From: Clostridia bacterium | GTDB taxonomy: Bacteria > Bacillota > Clostridia > TANB77 > CAG-465 | NCBI GenBank assembly: GCA_045534225.1 | Contig: JAZSJJ010000005.1 | Location: 93,712 to 157,711, forward strand | Direction of reading: 5' to 3' | Length of the DNA stretch: 64,000 bases | Part shown: piece after piece, positions 39,560 to 50,817 of the stretch | Layout: every line of letters starts with the position of its first letter | Position numbering within the stretch: position 1 is the first letter of the stretch | Translations under genes and position numbers: made by a program | The notes under the pieces: model-generated | Databases searched by the model: none | Seen by the model: the letters and a program-made list of their open reading frames with translations, nothing else | Told to the model about the DNA's origin: nothing

Positions 39560-39570
39560 TAGAAAGGTAA

Positions 39571-40746
<1,176 letters not shown>

Positions 40747-40755
40747 GAGTAGTTT

Positions 40756-42315
40756 ATGAAAGCAAAAAAAGGCGAGAAGAACGTAATTAGTACAATAATT
40801 AAATGTATAGTAGCAGTTATAGTTCTATTGCTACAAATATTAGTTTTCTATTTCATGTATATGAGAGGTATAGCTTTCGCAAATACCTTTACAATAGGTT
40901 CTGTAATACTACAAGCAATATTAGTATTGCATATTCTTAATGGAAACGGAAAACTAATATACAAAGTTCCGTGGCTTACATTTATAATATTCTTTCCAGT
41001 GGCTGCAACAGTAGTATACATATTGTATGGTGAAAGAAGAATAAATAAAAGACTTAAAAAAGCTAGAGAAAAAACAATAGCAAACTCACATTATCTTTTA
41101 GATAAAGATGAGGATGTATTAGAAGAAATAAAAAAAGAAGTAGAAGATACGGATACAATTAAACAAGTGAAGCTTCTAAAGAAACTTACAGATTATCCAA
41201 TAAGAAAAAATGAAGGATTAGAGTATTATGATATAGGAGAAAGATGTTTTGATGCAATCCTAGATGATATGGAAAAAGCAGAAAAATATATCCTTATAGA
41301 GTACTTTATTCTAGCTAAGGGAAAACTTTGGGATAAAATATATAACGTATTAGAAAAGAAATTAAAAGAACAAGTTAAAGTAATAATAATTGCAGATGGT
41401 TGGGGTTCTGTCTTAAGATATCCAACCAAGCAAATGAAAGAATTAGAAGAATTAGGAGCAATAGTTAAAAAATATAACCCTATAAGATATGGTATAAATA
41501 ACTATATAAATTATAGAGATCATAGAAAAATAGTAGTTATAGATGGAACTATAGGATATACTGGCGGAGTTAATATAGCAGACGAATATGTAAATGAGCA
41601 ACAAAGATTTGGACATTGGAAGGATATTGGTATAAGAATAACAGGTAAACCAGTAGAGAATCTTGTAGTAGCTTTTCTTAAAATATTCGAACTTGTACAA
41701 AGAGAAACCCCAGATTATAAATGGTTCTTAGATAATAAGAAAGAACACGAAACAAAGGATAATAAAAAAGGTTATACTATGTTCTTTACTGATGGACCAG
41801 ATAATAAACAAAATCCGGGAGAAAATATACATATATCTATGCTTAATGCAGCAAAACAATATGCATACATATATACTCCTTATTTCATTGCAAGCCAAGA
41901 GTTACTAGGAGCAATATTAAATGCTGCTAATAGTGGAATTGATGTAAGAATAATAACACCATCACATCCAGACAAATGGTATGTACATATGACTACAAGA
42001 AGCTATTACGAAACACTTCTTGAAGCAGGCGTTAAGGTTTATGAATATTTACCAGGATTTCTACATGCAAAATCACTGTTAACAGACGATAATGCTGCTG
42101 TAATAGGAAGTATAAATTTAGATTACAGAAGTATGAATCTAAACTTTGAATGTGGCGTTTGGATGCATGATACAGGTATAGAAAAAAATATTAAAGAGGA
42201 TTTCATAAACACAATGAAACTAAGTAAAGAAATAACTTTAGAAGAAGTTAAAAAGAAAAATATATTCGTTAAAATGCTAGAAGCAATACTAAAGACATTT
42301 GCTCCTATGCTGTAA
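40756..42315 (+). CDS. cls: cardiolipin synthase
   Basis: N-terminal transmembrane helices and two PLD HKD motifs (HRKIVVIDG, HAKSLLTDD). Confidence 0.85.
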   Translation: MKAKKGEKNVISTIIKCIVAVIVLLLQILVFYFMYMRGIAFANTFTIGSVILQAILVLHILNGNGKLIYKVPWLTFIIFFPVAATVVYILYGERRINKRLKKAREKTIANSHYLLDKDEDVLEEIKKEVEDTDTIKQVKLLKKLTDYPIRKNEGLEYYDIGERCFDAILDDMEKAEKYILIEYFILAKGKLWDKIYNVLEKKLKEQVKVIIIADGWGSVLRYPTKQMKELEELGAIVKKYNPIRYGINNYINYRDHRKIVVIDGTIGYTGGVNIADEYVNEQQRFGHWKDIGIRITGKPVENLVVAFLKIFELVQRETPDYKWFLDNKKEHETKDNKKGYTMFFTDGPDNKQNPGENIHISMLNAAKQYAYIYTPYFIASQELLGAILNAANSGIDVRIITPSHPDKWYVHMTTRSYYETLLEAGVKVYEYLPGFLHAKSLLTDDNAAVIGSINLDYRSMNLNFECGVWMHDTGIEKNIKEDFINTMKLSKEITLEEVKKKNIFVKMLEAILKTFAPML

Positions 42316-42382
42316 TAACAAGTGAAATAATAAAGAAAAATAAAATAAATAACTTAATCATATAATCTACAGAGGTGGATTT

Positions 42383-43204
42383 ATGGTTAAGTTATATTTT
42401 TTAGGTTTAGATAAGAGAAGTATATATCTTAAAGAATTGTATGAGGAAGAAGAAAAGAAACAAGAAAAAGGTAAAGAAAGATATACAATTACAGATGTAT
42501 TAGAAGAAGCGGATGTAGTAATTTTACCAATACCACTTACAAAAGATAGAGTGCACATTTTAGGAGAAGGAATAGAAATACTTCCATTTATTAAAAAGTG
42601 CGTGGGTAAACTAGTAATAGGTGGTGCTTTAAGTGCATTTACAGACGAATTTAAGGCTTCAAATGTAGAGTGTATAGATTTAATGGAAGAAGATAGCATG
42701 GCACTCTTAAACGCCATTCCAACGGCTGAAGGAGCTATAGCAAAAGCAATGGAATATACAGATATTGTACTTCATAAAAGCAATACGTTAGTATTAGGTT
42801 TTGGTAGAGTGGGTAAGATACTTGCACATAAATTAAAAGGATTAGATGCAAATGTGTATTGTGAAGCTAGAAATAAAAAAGACCTTGCACATATCCATGC
42901 TTTAGGGTATAATGTAGTTAAATTACAAGATTTGGATAATGTACTAGGAAATATGGATATAATATTTAGTACAATACCAACAGAAATATTAAAAGAAGAC
43001 TATCTAAAACTACTTAAGAAAGGTGCGGTAATAATAGACCTTGCATCTAGCCCGGGGAGTGTAGATTATTTAGCTGCAAGAAAATATAATATAGATGCAC
43101 ATTTGGAATTAGGGTTACCATCTAAAGTGGCGCCAAAATCTGCAGCGGAATATCTAAAAAAAGAGATAGACGAAATATTAGAAGATAGATTTAATAAAAA
43201 CTAG
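42383..43204 (+). CDS. dpaA: dipicolinate synthase subunit A
   Basis: Collinear with SpoVFA (NAIPTAEGAIAKAMEYTDIVLHKSNTLVLGFGRVGK ... LASSPGSVDY). Confidence 0.7.
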   Translation: MVKLYFLGLDKRSIYLKELYEEEEKKQEKGKERYTITDVLEEADVVILPIPLTKDRVHILGEGIEILPFIKKCVGKLVIGGALSAFTDEFKASNVECIDLMEEDSMALLNAIPTAEGAIAKAMEYTDIVLHKSNTLVLGFGRVGKILAHKLKGLDANVYCEARNKKDLAHIHALGYNVVKLQDLDNVLGNMDIIFSTIPTEILKEDYLKLLKKGAVIIDLASSPGSVDYLAARKYNIDAHLELGLPSKVAPKSAAEYLKKEIDEILEDRFNKN

Positions 43205-43221
43205 TGAATTAGGGGGATAAC

Positions 43222-44052
43222 ATGACAATTATACAAGCGATAATACTTGGTATTGTGCAAGGAATAACAGAATTCTTTCCAATATCTAGTTCAGCACATT
43301 TAATAGCATACAGATTCTTTATGAACATAGAGTGGGATAAAGCACTGGAAACTGTAGTAGATACAGCATTGCACTTTGGAACACTTCTAGCAATAGGAAT
43401 ATACTTCTTTAAGGATTTTATAAAAATGTTTATGGAATGTTATAAGTTTAAAGGTAAAGATGGAAAGATGTCTTTTAACAACCTTAAACAAGAAGGTAAA
43501 ATATTTTGGTTTATTGTAATAGGCTCAGTACCAGCGGCAATAATAGGATTATTGTTTAAGAAATTAACAGAACCAATAAGAGAAAACATAATAGTAATTG
43601 GTATAGCCTTAGCAGTAATGGGAGTAATACTATATATAGTAGATAAAAAGTGTAAAAAAGAAGTTGATATGGAGAAATTAACATTAAAGCAAGCGGTATT
43701 AATTGGTTCAAGCCAAGTGTTAGCAGCATTAATACCAGGATTCTCTAGAAGTGGAACAACAATGACAGTAGCAAGAGCTACAAAGATGGAAAGAGAATCT
43801 GCAGCTAAGTTTTCATTCCTTCTAGGAGCACCAGCAATAGCAGGAGCAGCACTACTTGCGTTTATAGAAGATTTTAGTTTAGCAATGTTGAACTTCCCAT
43901 TTGTGCTAGCAGTCTTAGTATCATTTGTGGTGGGAATGATAGCAATAAAGACATTAATGGAAATAGTAAAGAAAATAGGATATGAAGTATTTGCAATATA
44001 CAGAGTATTACTTGGTGTAGCCTTAATAGCTACATATTTAATAAGACTTTAA
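43222..44052 (+). CDS. uppP: undecaprenyl-diphosphate phosphatase
   Basis: BacA/UppP family. Eight predicted transmembrane helices with the FSRSGTTM motif. Confidence 0.85.
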   Translation: MTIIQAIILGIVQGITEFFPISSSAHLIAYRFFMNIEWDKALETVVDTALHFGTLLAIGIYFFKDFIKMFMECYKFKGKDGKMSFNNLKQEGKIFWFIVIGSVPAAIIGLLFKKLTEPIRENIIVIGIALAVMGVILYIVDKKCKKEVDMEKLTLKQAVLIGSSQVLAALIPGFSRSGTTMTVARATKMERESAAKFSFLLGAPAIAGAALLAFIEDFSLAMLNFPFVLAVLVSFVVGMIAIKTLMEIVKKIGYEVFAIYRVLLGVALIATYLIRL

Positions 44053-44069
44053 TTAGGAGGTAACTAAAG

Positions 44070-44909
44070 ATGAGTATAGTAGATGTAAAACAAATAGTAG
44101 AAAACAAGAAAGTAAAATTAAAAAGAGAAATACTAGATTTAAGAGATAAAGGAATAGTTCCTAAACTTGCAGTTATACTTGCAAATGATTCTGATGCATC
44201 AAGAGTATATGTAGGAAGAAAAAGAAAACTTTGTCACGAATTAGGAATAGAAGAAACAGAGTATCTTTTTGATGAAAAAGTAACTACAGATAACATATTA
44301 AAAGTAATAACTAAATTAAACAATGATCCAGAAGTAGATGGAATACTTGTTCAATTACCATTATTCAAGCACCTAGATGAATCTAGAATAATAGATAGTA
44401 TAGTCCCAGAAAAAGATGTAGATGGTTTCTCTGCTATAAATGTTGGTAGACTATATCAAGGAAAAGATGAAATAGTTCCATGTACACCAAAAGGTGTTCT
44501 AACAATATTAAAAGAATTAGAACCAGAACTTAAAGGAAAGAATGCAGTTGTAGTTGGACGTTCTCAAATAGTTGGTAAGCCAATGGCAGCATTATTGTTA
44601 AACGAGAATATGACAGTAACAATATGTCACTCAGCTACAACTAATCTTCCAGAACACACAAGAACAGCAGATGTGCTAGTAGTAGCAACAGGAATACCTC
44701 ATTTAATTAAAGATAATATGGTTAAAGAGGGAGCGATAGTAATAGATGTTGGAATGACTAGAGTAAAAGAAAAACTAGTTGGAGATGTAGATACAGAAAA
44801 TGTAGACAAAGTAGCCAAATATGTAACACCTGTTCCTGGTGGAGTAGGACTTACTACAGTGTATAGCTTAGCAGAAAATGTAGTAGAAATAGCTAAAAAA
44901 AGAAAATAA
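44070..44909 (+). CDS. folD: bifunctional methylenetetrahydrofolate dehydrogenase / methenyl-THF cyclohydrolase
   Basis: FolD fold, length and motifs (GRSQIVGKPMA, PVPGGVGLTT). Confidence 0.85.
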   Translation: MSIVDVKQIVENKKVKLKREILDLRDKGIVPKLAVILANDSDASRVYVGRKRKLCHELGIEETEYLFDEKVTTDNILKVITKLNNDPEVDGILVQLPLFKHLDESRIIDSIVPEKDVDGFSAINVGRLYQGKDEIVPCTPKGVLTILKELEPELKGKNAVVVGRSQIVGKPMAALLLNENMTVTICHSATTNLPEHTRTADVLVVATGIPHLIKDNMVKEGAIVIDVGMTRVKEKLVGDVDTENVDKVAKYVTPVPGGVGLTTVYSLAENVVEIAKKRK

Positions 44910-44920
44910 AAATAAATAAC

Positions 44921-44962
44921 AAAACCTAAAGTATTGAAACACTTTAGGTTTTGTTATATTAT
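44921..44962 (+). promoter_or_regulatory. folD terminator hairpin overlapping a sigma-A promoter (TTGAAA-17-TATTAT) for the downstream pilin-like gene
   Basis: Hairpin aaaacctaaagt-attgaaac-actttaggtttt. The -35 TTGAAA (44934-44939) lies in the loop and the -10 TATTAT is at 44957-44962. Confidence 0.45.
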
Positions 44963-44990
44963 AAAAATATCGAAAAGAGAGGTAAGACAA

Positions 44991-45770
44991 ATGATAAGTA
45001 AGAAAGGAATAAGTTTAATAGTTTTAGTTATAACAATAATAGTAATGGTAATACTTGCAGGAGCTGTTATAATTACTCTTGAAAATACAAACTTAATAAA
45101 ACATTCTAAACATGCTACGAATAGTACAAATTATGCGCAAGAGATAACAAGATTAGAAATAATAAAGAATGGAATACTAACAGATAACTTAGGAAAAATA
45201 ACAGTAGCAGAATATATAACAGAACTAACAAACAAAGGAATAATAGAAGGAACTGTAACAGATAATGCAGACGGAAGTAAAACGTTTACAACAGATACTG
45301 GAGCTGAAGTTACTGTAACACAAAATGGAGCTAGAGATTTGTTAATAAAAATAGCTGGCTATGAACAAGGTAATAATAATTCTTCTAGTAGTGATAATGC
45401 AGGTGAAGTTGCTGGTGAAAATCAATTAAACGGAACTTGGATGTTTAATGAAGAAATATCATATCATAATTATCTTGGATATAAAGAAGTAAATTTTACA
45501 TCTAACGGCGTAAGCTATATAGGTATGAATTTATGGGATGAAACAACAACAACTCCAACAGGTGCTGCAGTTTATAATTATGGTATAGGTTACAATACGG
45601 AAGCGCCTAAGTCAGGGAATTATTGGGCGGTAATCGCGTTTTCGTATAACATATCAGATACGGGTGTATGGAAATCCAATGCATATAGAACGATAGATTT
45701 TGGTACTTCTATACAAGATGTAGACGCTGATTTCTATACTTGGTTTATAGCTAATGCAACGAAACAATAA
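44991..45770 (+). CDS. pilin-like N-terminal domain protein, paralog 3
   Basis: AGAGAGG RBS. N terminus MISKKGISLIVLVITIIVMVILAGAVIITLENTNLI; the C-terminal region is unrelated to the other paralogs. Confidence 0.55.
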   Translation: MISKKGISLIVLVITIIVMVILAGAVIITLENTNLIKHSKHATNSTNYAQEITRLEIIKNGILTDNLGKITVAEYITELTNKGIIEGTVTDNADGSKTFTTDTGAEVTVTQNGARDLLIKIAGYEQGNNNSSSSDNAGEVAGENQLNGTWMFNEEISYHNYLGYKEVNFTSNGVSYIGMNLWDETTTTPTGAAVYNYGIGYNTEAPKSGNYWAVIAFSYNISDTGVWKSNAYRTIDFGTSIQDVDADFYTWFIANATKQ

Positions 45771-45789
45771 TAAGTATGGTAAAACAAAA

Positions 45790-45825
45790 CCCCTAAGGTA
45801 AATCCTTAGGGGAATATTTTTATTC
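45790..45825. terminator. bidirectional terminator
   Basis: Hairpin cccctaagg-taaat-ccttagggg flanked by A and T runs. Confidence 0.7.
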
Positions 45826-48240
45826 ATTTTTGTTATCACCAGTATCAATTATAATATCAAAATCTGTAGGATTATTGAAATCGAATGATTGAACTGCTGG
45901 TTGATCATCTGTATCAATAATTGGTTCTACAAGGTTGTCATTTTCTTTTATTGCGTTAGATGAGAAACTATTTGTAGTAACTGAGTTTGCATCACTAAAT
46001 ATGTTGTCATCATCTTCATCTAAAATACTTGATGCTGCATTTGATGTAAGTGGTTTGTTTATCATAAACTTTTCAAAGTTGTACATATATGCTGGATGTT
46101 TTTGTTTGTATTTTTCTTCAAGGAAATCAACTTTACCTTCACCGAAAATACTATTTCCATTATCAAGTTTAGTCTTGTAGTAAATTGCTCCAAATTTATG
46201 CTCTGCAATTTTATGAACTTTGAATCTTTCTTTATCTTTAAGAGATACGGATTTCTTAGCCTTGAAGTTATCTGTTGGATCAAAGCTTGAAGACATATCT
46301 ACTTTCTTAGTCATACCGAAAGCTTTATTCCAGTATTCACTATCTTCAGGTACTGTATCACCAAATACGATTTGAGTTTTTGTATTGGCAAGTACAACTT
46401 GTCTATAATATTCAAAGCCTTTATTCTTTTCAAGTTGTGATAAGTTTTGTATTGCTATTGTAGCACCACATCTATATTTTCTAAATAGTGTGAACATTAC
46501 TTCTGTATCTTTGTTGATGTATTCAGGGAATTCATCAATGTATAAGAAGTGAGGTATACGAGAATCTTCTGAACCAGGTCTTCTTAGTACTGCGTCTTGG
46601 AATTGTAGTATGAAGAACATACCGAATGCCTTAGAAGCAATCATACCAAGTTCACCTTTTCTAGAACATGCTGTAATAACTTTACCTTCTCTTAAAGCAG
46701 CGTCAAAGTCTATAACATTTGTTCTACCACATAGAGCTCTCTTAATACCAGGATGTCTTAATAAGTTGTTTAATTGAGTTATAGCACCGTACAAGTATCT
46801 TTCGGTATCTTTTCTACCACTACCTCTTGTACCAGGTATTTCAAAACCATTTATATTTAATGTTGGTTTATAGAAGTTCTTCTCAAAGTATGCAATAAGT
46901 AGTTTATACTTTTCTGCAAGCTCTGGAATTTTCTTCATATCTTCTGTCATTTCTTCAACTTTATCAAAGTTGTATAGCATATCTAACACGTCTTCAAGTG
47001 ATGGTAATGCACCATTGTTAAGTCTTGGATACATTTCTTTAAGAAGTATAGATAGGTTTTGGAATGCGTCTGAAGTTAAGTTAGCAAAGAATGCTTCTTC
47101 TTTAGCGCCTTCACTTTGTTGCATAGATTTTAGAACGTCTGCTATTATTGATGCAACCTTAGCTGGATCTTCAATAGCAAATGGGTTCATACTTAATGTA
47201 TGTTCTGGATCTGCTGGGTCTATAGTTAATACATCGATGTCGAAGTTCTTAGCAACATTTGTAAAGTTTGTTACGTATGAGCCATCGTTTTCAACAACTG
47301 TAACACCAACACCACGATATACAACTTCACCAGTTTCGCTGTTATTATATAATATTACATCTTTTAACTCTGAGTAAAATTCTTTTTCTCTGCCTTTTTT
47401 AGGTTGTAAGTAATTTAAACTAAAATTTAGATTTATATATTCGTTAGAGAAAGGACCTTCTATATATGCAATACCTTTCTTTAATAATTCATAACCTAAT
47501 TTTTTAGAATACTCACGCAAGAAGTATTTCTTTTCAAGGTCTCTAGCACTCATTGGTAATAATACCATTGCTGTTTTACCAGTACCAGTAGCACCTTGTA
47601 CAAGTGTAGATTCCATTCTCTTCTTTTCAGGAACTACAATAGGTTTTAATGTTTCTACGTCTTTACATATAATATTTTCGCAAGTAAATATTCCGTTGTT
47701 AGATTTTGGTTTTTTAACACCTAAACCACCAAATGCTATAATACCTTTAGTAATATCGTCATCTCTTAATACTAGTAAAGCATAATCTACTAAAGAGAAT
47801 ATAGATATAAATGGTATACAGAAACAGAATGTTTTAATTGCTGGTCCAAATAATTCTGGATATTCAGTTATTAATAGATTATAGTTAGGTAGTTTTTCTA
47901 ACAACATCCAAACTACTTTATTGATGTTTGTTATAATTAATGAGTTTGTTATAGCACCCATTATACCAACGCCAATTATAAACCATTTAATTCTAGCGTC
48001 TTTGCCAGATATTAGTTTAGAGTTTACTCCGTATGAATACCATAATACAGGGCATACTAATGCGATAGCATATAGTATTGGATCTGGATAAATTGGTAAT
48101 CTACCAGCTGGTACTACAAATAATGTAAATACTTGTACTATTATAAATGCAACGACTATCATGGTAAAGAAACCAAATATCGATGCGATAAATTTGTTTT
48201 GATCTTTTATTTTAAGTTTACTAAGAATGTTATATAACAA
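45820..48240 (-). CDS. type IV secretion coupling protein-like ATPase (VirD4/TraG/TraD family), orphan
   Basis: Four to five N-terminal transmembrane helices; Walker A GATGTGKT; the characteristic C-terminal block FLYIDEFPEY ... IAIQNLSQLEKNKG ... NTKTQIVFGDTVPEDSEYWNKAFG (the LDEF / QSxxQL / TqIvfg pattern of T4CPs). No other T4SS genes are nearby. Confidence 0.65.
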   Translation of the reverse strand: MLYNILSKLKIKDQNKFIASIFGFFTMIVVAFIIVQVFTLFVVPAGRLPIYPDPILYAIALVCPVLWYSYGVNSKLISGKDARIKWFIIGVGIMGAITNSLIITNINKVVWMLLEKLPNYNLLITEYPELFGPAIKTFCFCIPFISIFSLVDYALLVLRDDDITKGIIAFGGLGVKKPKSNNGIFTCENIICKDVETLKPIVVPEKKRMESTLVQGATGTGKTAMVLLPMSARDLEKKYFLREYSKKLGYELLKKGIAYIEGPFSNEYINLNFSLNYLQPKKGREKEFYSELKDVILYNNSETGEVVYRGVGVTVVENDGSYVTNFTNVAKNFDIDVLTIDPADPEHTLSMNPFAIEDPAKVASIIADVLKSMQQSEGAKEEAFFANLTSDAFQNLSILLKEMYPRLNNGALPSLEDVLDMLYNFDKVEEMTEDMKKIPELAEKYKLLIAYFEKNFYKPTLNINGFEIPGTRGSGRKDTERYLYGAITQLNNLLRHPGIKRALCGRTNVIDFDAALREGKVITACSRKGELGMIASKAFGMFFILQFQDAVLRRPGSEDSRIPHFLYIDEFPEYINKDTEVMFTLFRKYRCGATIAIQNLSQLEKNKGFEYYRQVVLANTKTQIVFGDTVPEDSEYWNKAFGMTKKVDMSSSFDPTDNFKAKKSVSLKDKERFKVHKIAEHKFGAIYYKTKLDNGNSIFGEGKVDFLEEKYKQKHPAYMYNFEKFMINKPLTSNAASSILDEDDDNIFSDANSVTTNSFSSNAIKENDNLVEPIIDTDDQPAVQSFDFNNPTDFDIIIDTGDNKNE

Positions 48241-48359
48241 AAAATATCACCACTTTCATTTAAATCTTGTAAATAAACTTTTTCTGCTATATAATATACT
48301 ACAGATTGAGTAAAAATTCAAGTAAAAGTAGCGAATTATGGTAGAAATGAGGTAAATTT

Positions 48360-48893
48360 ATGAAGTGTATTATAGGACTAGGTAATATAGGCAAAGAATA
48401 TGAGTATACTAGACATAATATGGGATTTGTAATGCTAGACAAAATAGCTGAAAAAAATAATATAAAGATAGACAAGAAAATGAAGAAATATATCTATGGC
48501 GAAGGTAACATAAACGGTGAAAAAGTATGCTTGGTAAAACCAACTACATATATGAATCTTAGTGGCGAAGCTATAGTAGAGCTTATGAATTGGTACAAAA
48601 TAGATAAAGAAGATATTGCAGTTATATATGATGATATAGACATACCATTTGGAGACGTAAGATATAGATTAAATGGAAGCGCTGGCACTCATAATGGAAT
48701 GAGAAACATTATAGCTATGATTAAAACCGAAGATTTTGCAAGAATAAGAGTTGGTATAGAAAACAGAAATGGAGTACCAATACCACTTGTGGATTATGTT
48801 CTTCAAAGAATGAGTAAAGATGAAATTAAAACAATCGATGATACAATATATAATATAGTAGAAGAAAATGTAAACAAGTTCTTGACAAAATAA
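48360..48893 (+). CDS. pth: peptidyl-tRNA hydrolase
   Basis: MKCIIGLGNIGKEYEYTRHNMGF N terminus and a length of 177 aa. Confidence 0.9.
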   Translation: MKCIIGLGNIGKEYEYTRHNMGFVMLDKIAEKNNIKIDKKMKKYIYGEGNINGEKVCLVKPTTYMNLSGEAIVELMNWYKIDKEDIAVIYDDIDIPFGDVRYRLNGSAGTHNGMRNIIAMIKTEDFARIRVGIENRNGVPIPLVDYVLQRMSKDEIKTIDDTIYNIVEENVNKFLTK

Positions 48894-48997
48894 ACACTTC
48901 GTGTTAAAATATGAGGGTATTTAGTATGAGTTGGGTTAAAAGAGCTTTTAAGGCCACCTATATTCAGCTATAGCAAGCAAGAATTGGAGGAAAAGAA

Positions 48998-49363
48998 ATG
49001 TACGCAATAATTGAAGCATGTGGAAAACAATACAAAGTTTCTGAAGGAGACATTGTTTTCATGGAAAGACTTGATGCAGAAGAAGGAAAAACAGTTACTT
49101 TTGATCAAGTATTACTAGTTTCTGATGACGCAAAAACAGAGGTTGGTGCACCAACTGTTAAAAATGCTAAAGTAACAGCAACTGTTATAGGTCATGGAAA
49201 AGGTAAAAAAGTAAGAGTGTTCAAATACAAAGCTAAAAAGAATGAAAGAAAAGTAAGAGGACACAGATGGTGCTACACTAAAGTTCAAATTGAAAAAATT
49301 GCAACTAAGGCGCCAGCAAAAAAAGCTGAAGCTGCTGAAGCTAAAGAAACAGTAGAAGCTTAA
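48998..49363 (+). CDS. rplU: 50S ribosomal protein L21
   Basis: [18 protein letters not shown] start. Confidence 0.9.
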   Translation: MYAIIEACGKQYKVSEGDIVFMERLDAEEGKTVTFDQVLLVSDDAKTEVGAPTVKNAKVTATVIGHGKGKKVRVFKYKAKKNERKVRGHRWCYTKVQIEKIATKAPAKKAEAAEAKETVEA

Positions 49364-49402
49364 TTAATTTAGAATTGATGTAAAGAAGAGGAGTTGAGAT
49401 AA

Positions 49403-49660
49403 ATGGCACATAAAAAAGGTGGTGGATCTACTAAGAACGGTAGAGACAGTATAGGTAAAAGACTTGGTGCTAAAAGAGCAGATGGACAATTTGTTGAAGC
49501 AGGAAACATTTTAGTAAGACAAAGAGGAACTAAAATACATCCAGGAACAAATGTTGGAATCGGTAAAGACGATACATTATTTGCTAAAGAAAGCGGTATA
49601 CTAAAATTTGAAAGATTAGGTAGAGCTAAAACAAAAGCAAGTGTTTACAAAGAAAATTAA
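49403..49660 (+). CDS. rpmA: 50S ribosomal protein L27 (no N-terminal pro-peptide)
   Basis: [16 protein letters not shown] start. Confidence 0.9.
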   Translation: MAHKKGGGSTKNGRDSIGKRLGAKRADGQFVEAGNILVRQRGTKIHPGTNVGIGKDDTLFAKESGILKFERLGRAKTKASVYKEN

Positions 49661-49767
49661 TTATAAAAAGTGCCTTAAATATAGGGCACTTTTATTGTTT
49701 CTATTAGCTAAATAGTATATAATATAACTTAGAGTTATATATAATGAATATATATGAGGTGAAAGAA

Positions 49768-50793
49768 ATGAAAGAGAAAAAAAGAATATTAACAGGGGAT
49801 AGACCTACTGGTAAGCTACATATAGGACATTACTTTGGTTCATTACAAAACAGAGTAAAACTACAAGATGAATATGAGACATATATTCTTGTAGCAGATG
49901 TTCAAGCTTTAACAGATAATTTTAATAACCCTGCAAAAGTAAGAGAAAATATATTAGAAACAACAATAGATAACTTATCTGCTGGACTTGATCCAAATAA
50001 AGTTACGTTTGTAGTTCAATCAATGGTACCAGAAATAGCAGAACTAACAGTTTTCTATTCTAATTTAGTAACAGTATCTAGACTACAAAGAAATCCGACT
50101 ATTAAAACTGAAATTGCTCAAAAGAAAGAGATATTTGGTAATAGTGGAGAATCTGTAACTTATGGCTTTTTAGGTTATCCAGTATCGCAAGCAGCAGATA
50201 TTACAGCATTTAATGCAGATGTAATACCTGTGGGTGATGACCAATTACCTTTAATTGAACAAACTAGAGAAATAGTTAGAAAGTTTAATTCGCTTTATGG
50301 TGAAGGGGAAGATATTTTAACAGAACCAGAAGCAATACTAAGTAAAAACTCTAGAATTAAGGGCTTAGATGGTGGAGTTAAAATGGGTAAGAGTTTAGGT
50401 AACGCTATATATCTTGCAGATGATGACGAAACAATAAAGAGCAAGGTTATGGGGGCTGTAACAGATCCAGCTAAAATTAGAAAAGATGATCCTGCAAACC
50501 CAGATGTTTGTATGGTTGCATATTACCACAAATTATTTAGCGATGATTCATATGCTACAGTTTGTGAAGAATGTAAAGCGGGAGCTAGAGGATGCGTTAA
50601 TTGTAAACGTGAACTTATAGCTAACATTATTAAAAAGATGGAACCAATCCGTGAAAGAAGAAGATATTATGAAACTCATAAAGAAGAAGTTAAAGATATC
50701 TTAGAAAAAGGAACTAAAAAAGCACGCGAGATTACTAAAGAAACTTTAAGACAAGTAAAAAGTGCTATGAAGATAGATTATTTTGAAGAATAA
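49768..50793 (+). CDS. trpS: tryptophan--tRNA ligase
   Basis: HIGH motif (GKLHIGHYFG) and KMSKS motif (VKMGKSLGN). The start was moved to the ATG with a GAGGTG RBS. Confidence 0.85.
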   Translation: MKEKKRILTGDRPTGKLHIGHYFGSLQNRVKLQDEYETYILVADVQALTDNFNNPAKVRENILETTIDNLSAGLDPNKVTFVVQSMVPEIAELTVFYSNLVTVSRLQRNPTIKTEIAQKKEIFGNSGESVTYGFLGYPVSQAADITAFNADVIPVGDDQLPLIEQTREIVRKFNSLYGEGEDILTEPEAILSKNSRIKGLDGGVKMGKSLGNAIYLADDDETIKSKVMGAVTDPAKIRKDDPANPDVCMVAYYHKLFSDDSYATVCEECKAGARGCVNCKRELIANIIKKMEPIRERRRYYETHKEEVKDILEKGTKKAREITKETLRQVKSAMKIDYFEE

Positions 50794-50817
50794 TTAAATT
50801 AACATAGGAGGAAAAAT

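Noticed and set aside
45820-48240. Alternative call of the large ATPase as FtsK/SpoIIIE or HerA
   Set aside because: The C-terminal LDEF ... QxLSQL ... TQIVFG block and the N-terminal polytopic transmembrane domain fit VirD4/TraG coupling proteins better. FtsK-type gamma and beta domain motifs are absent.
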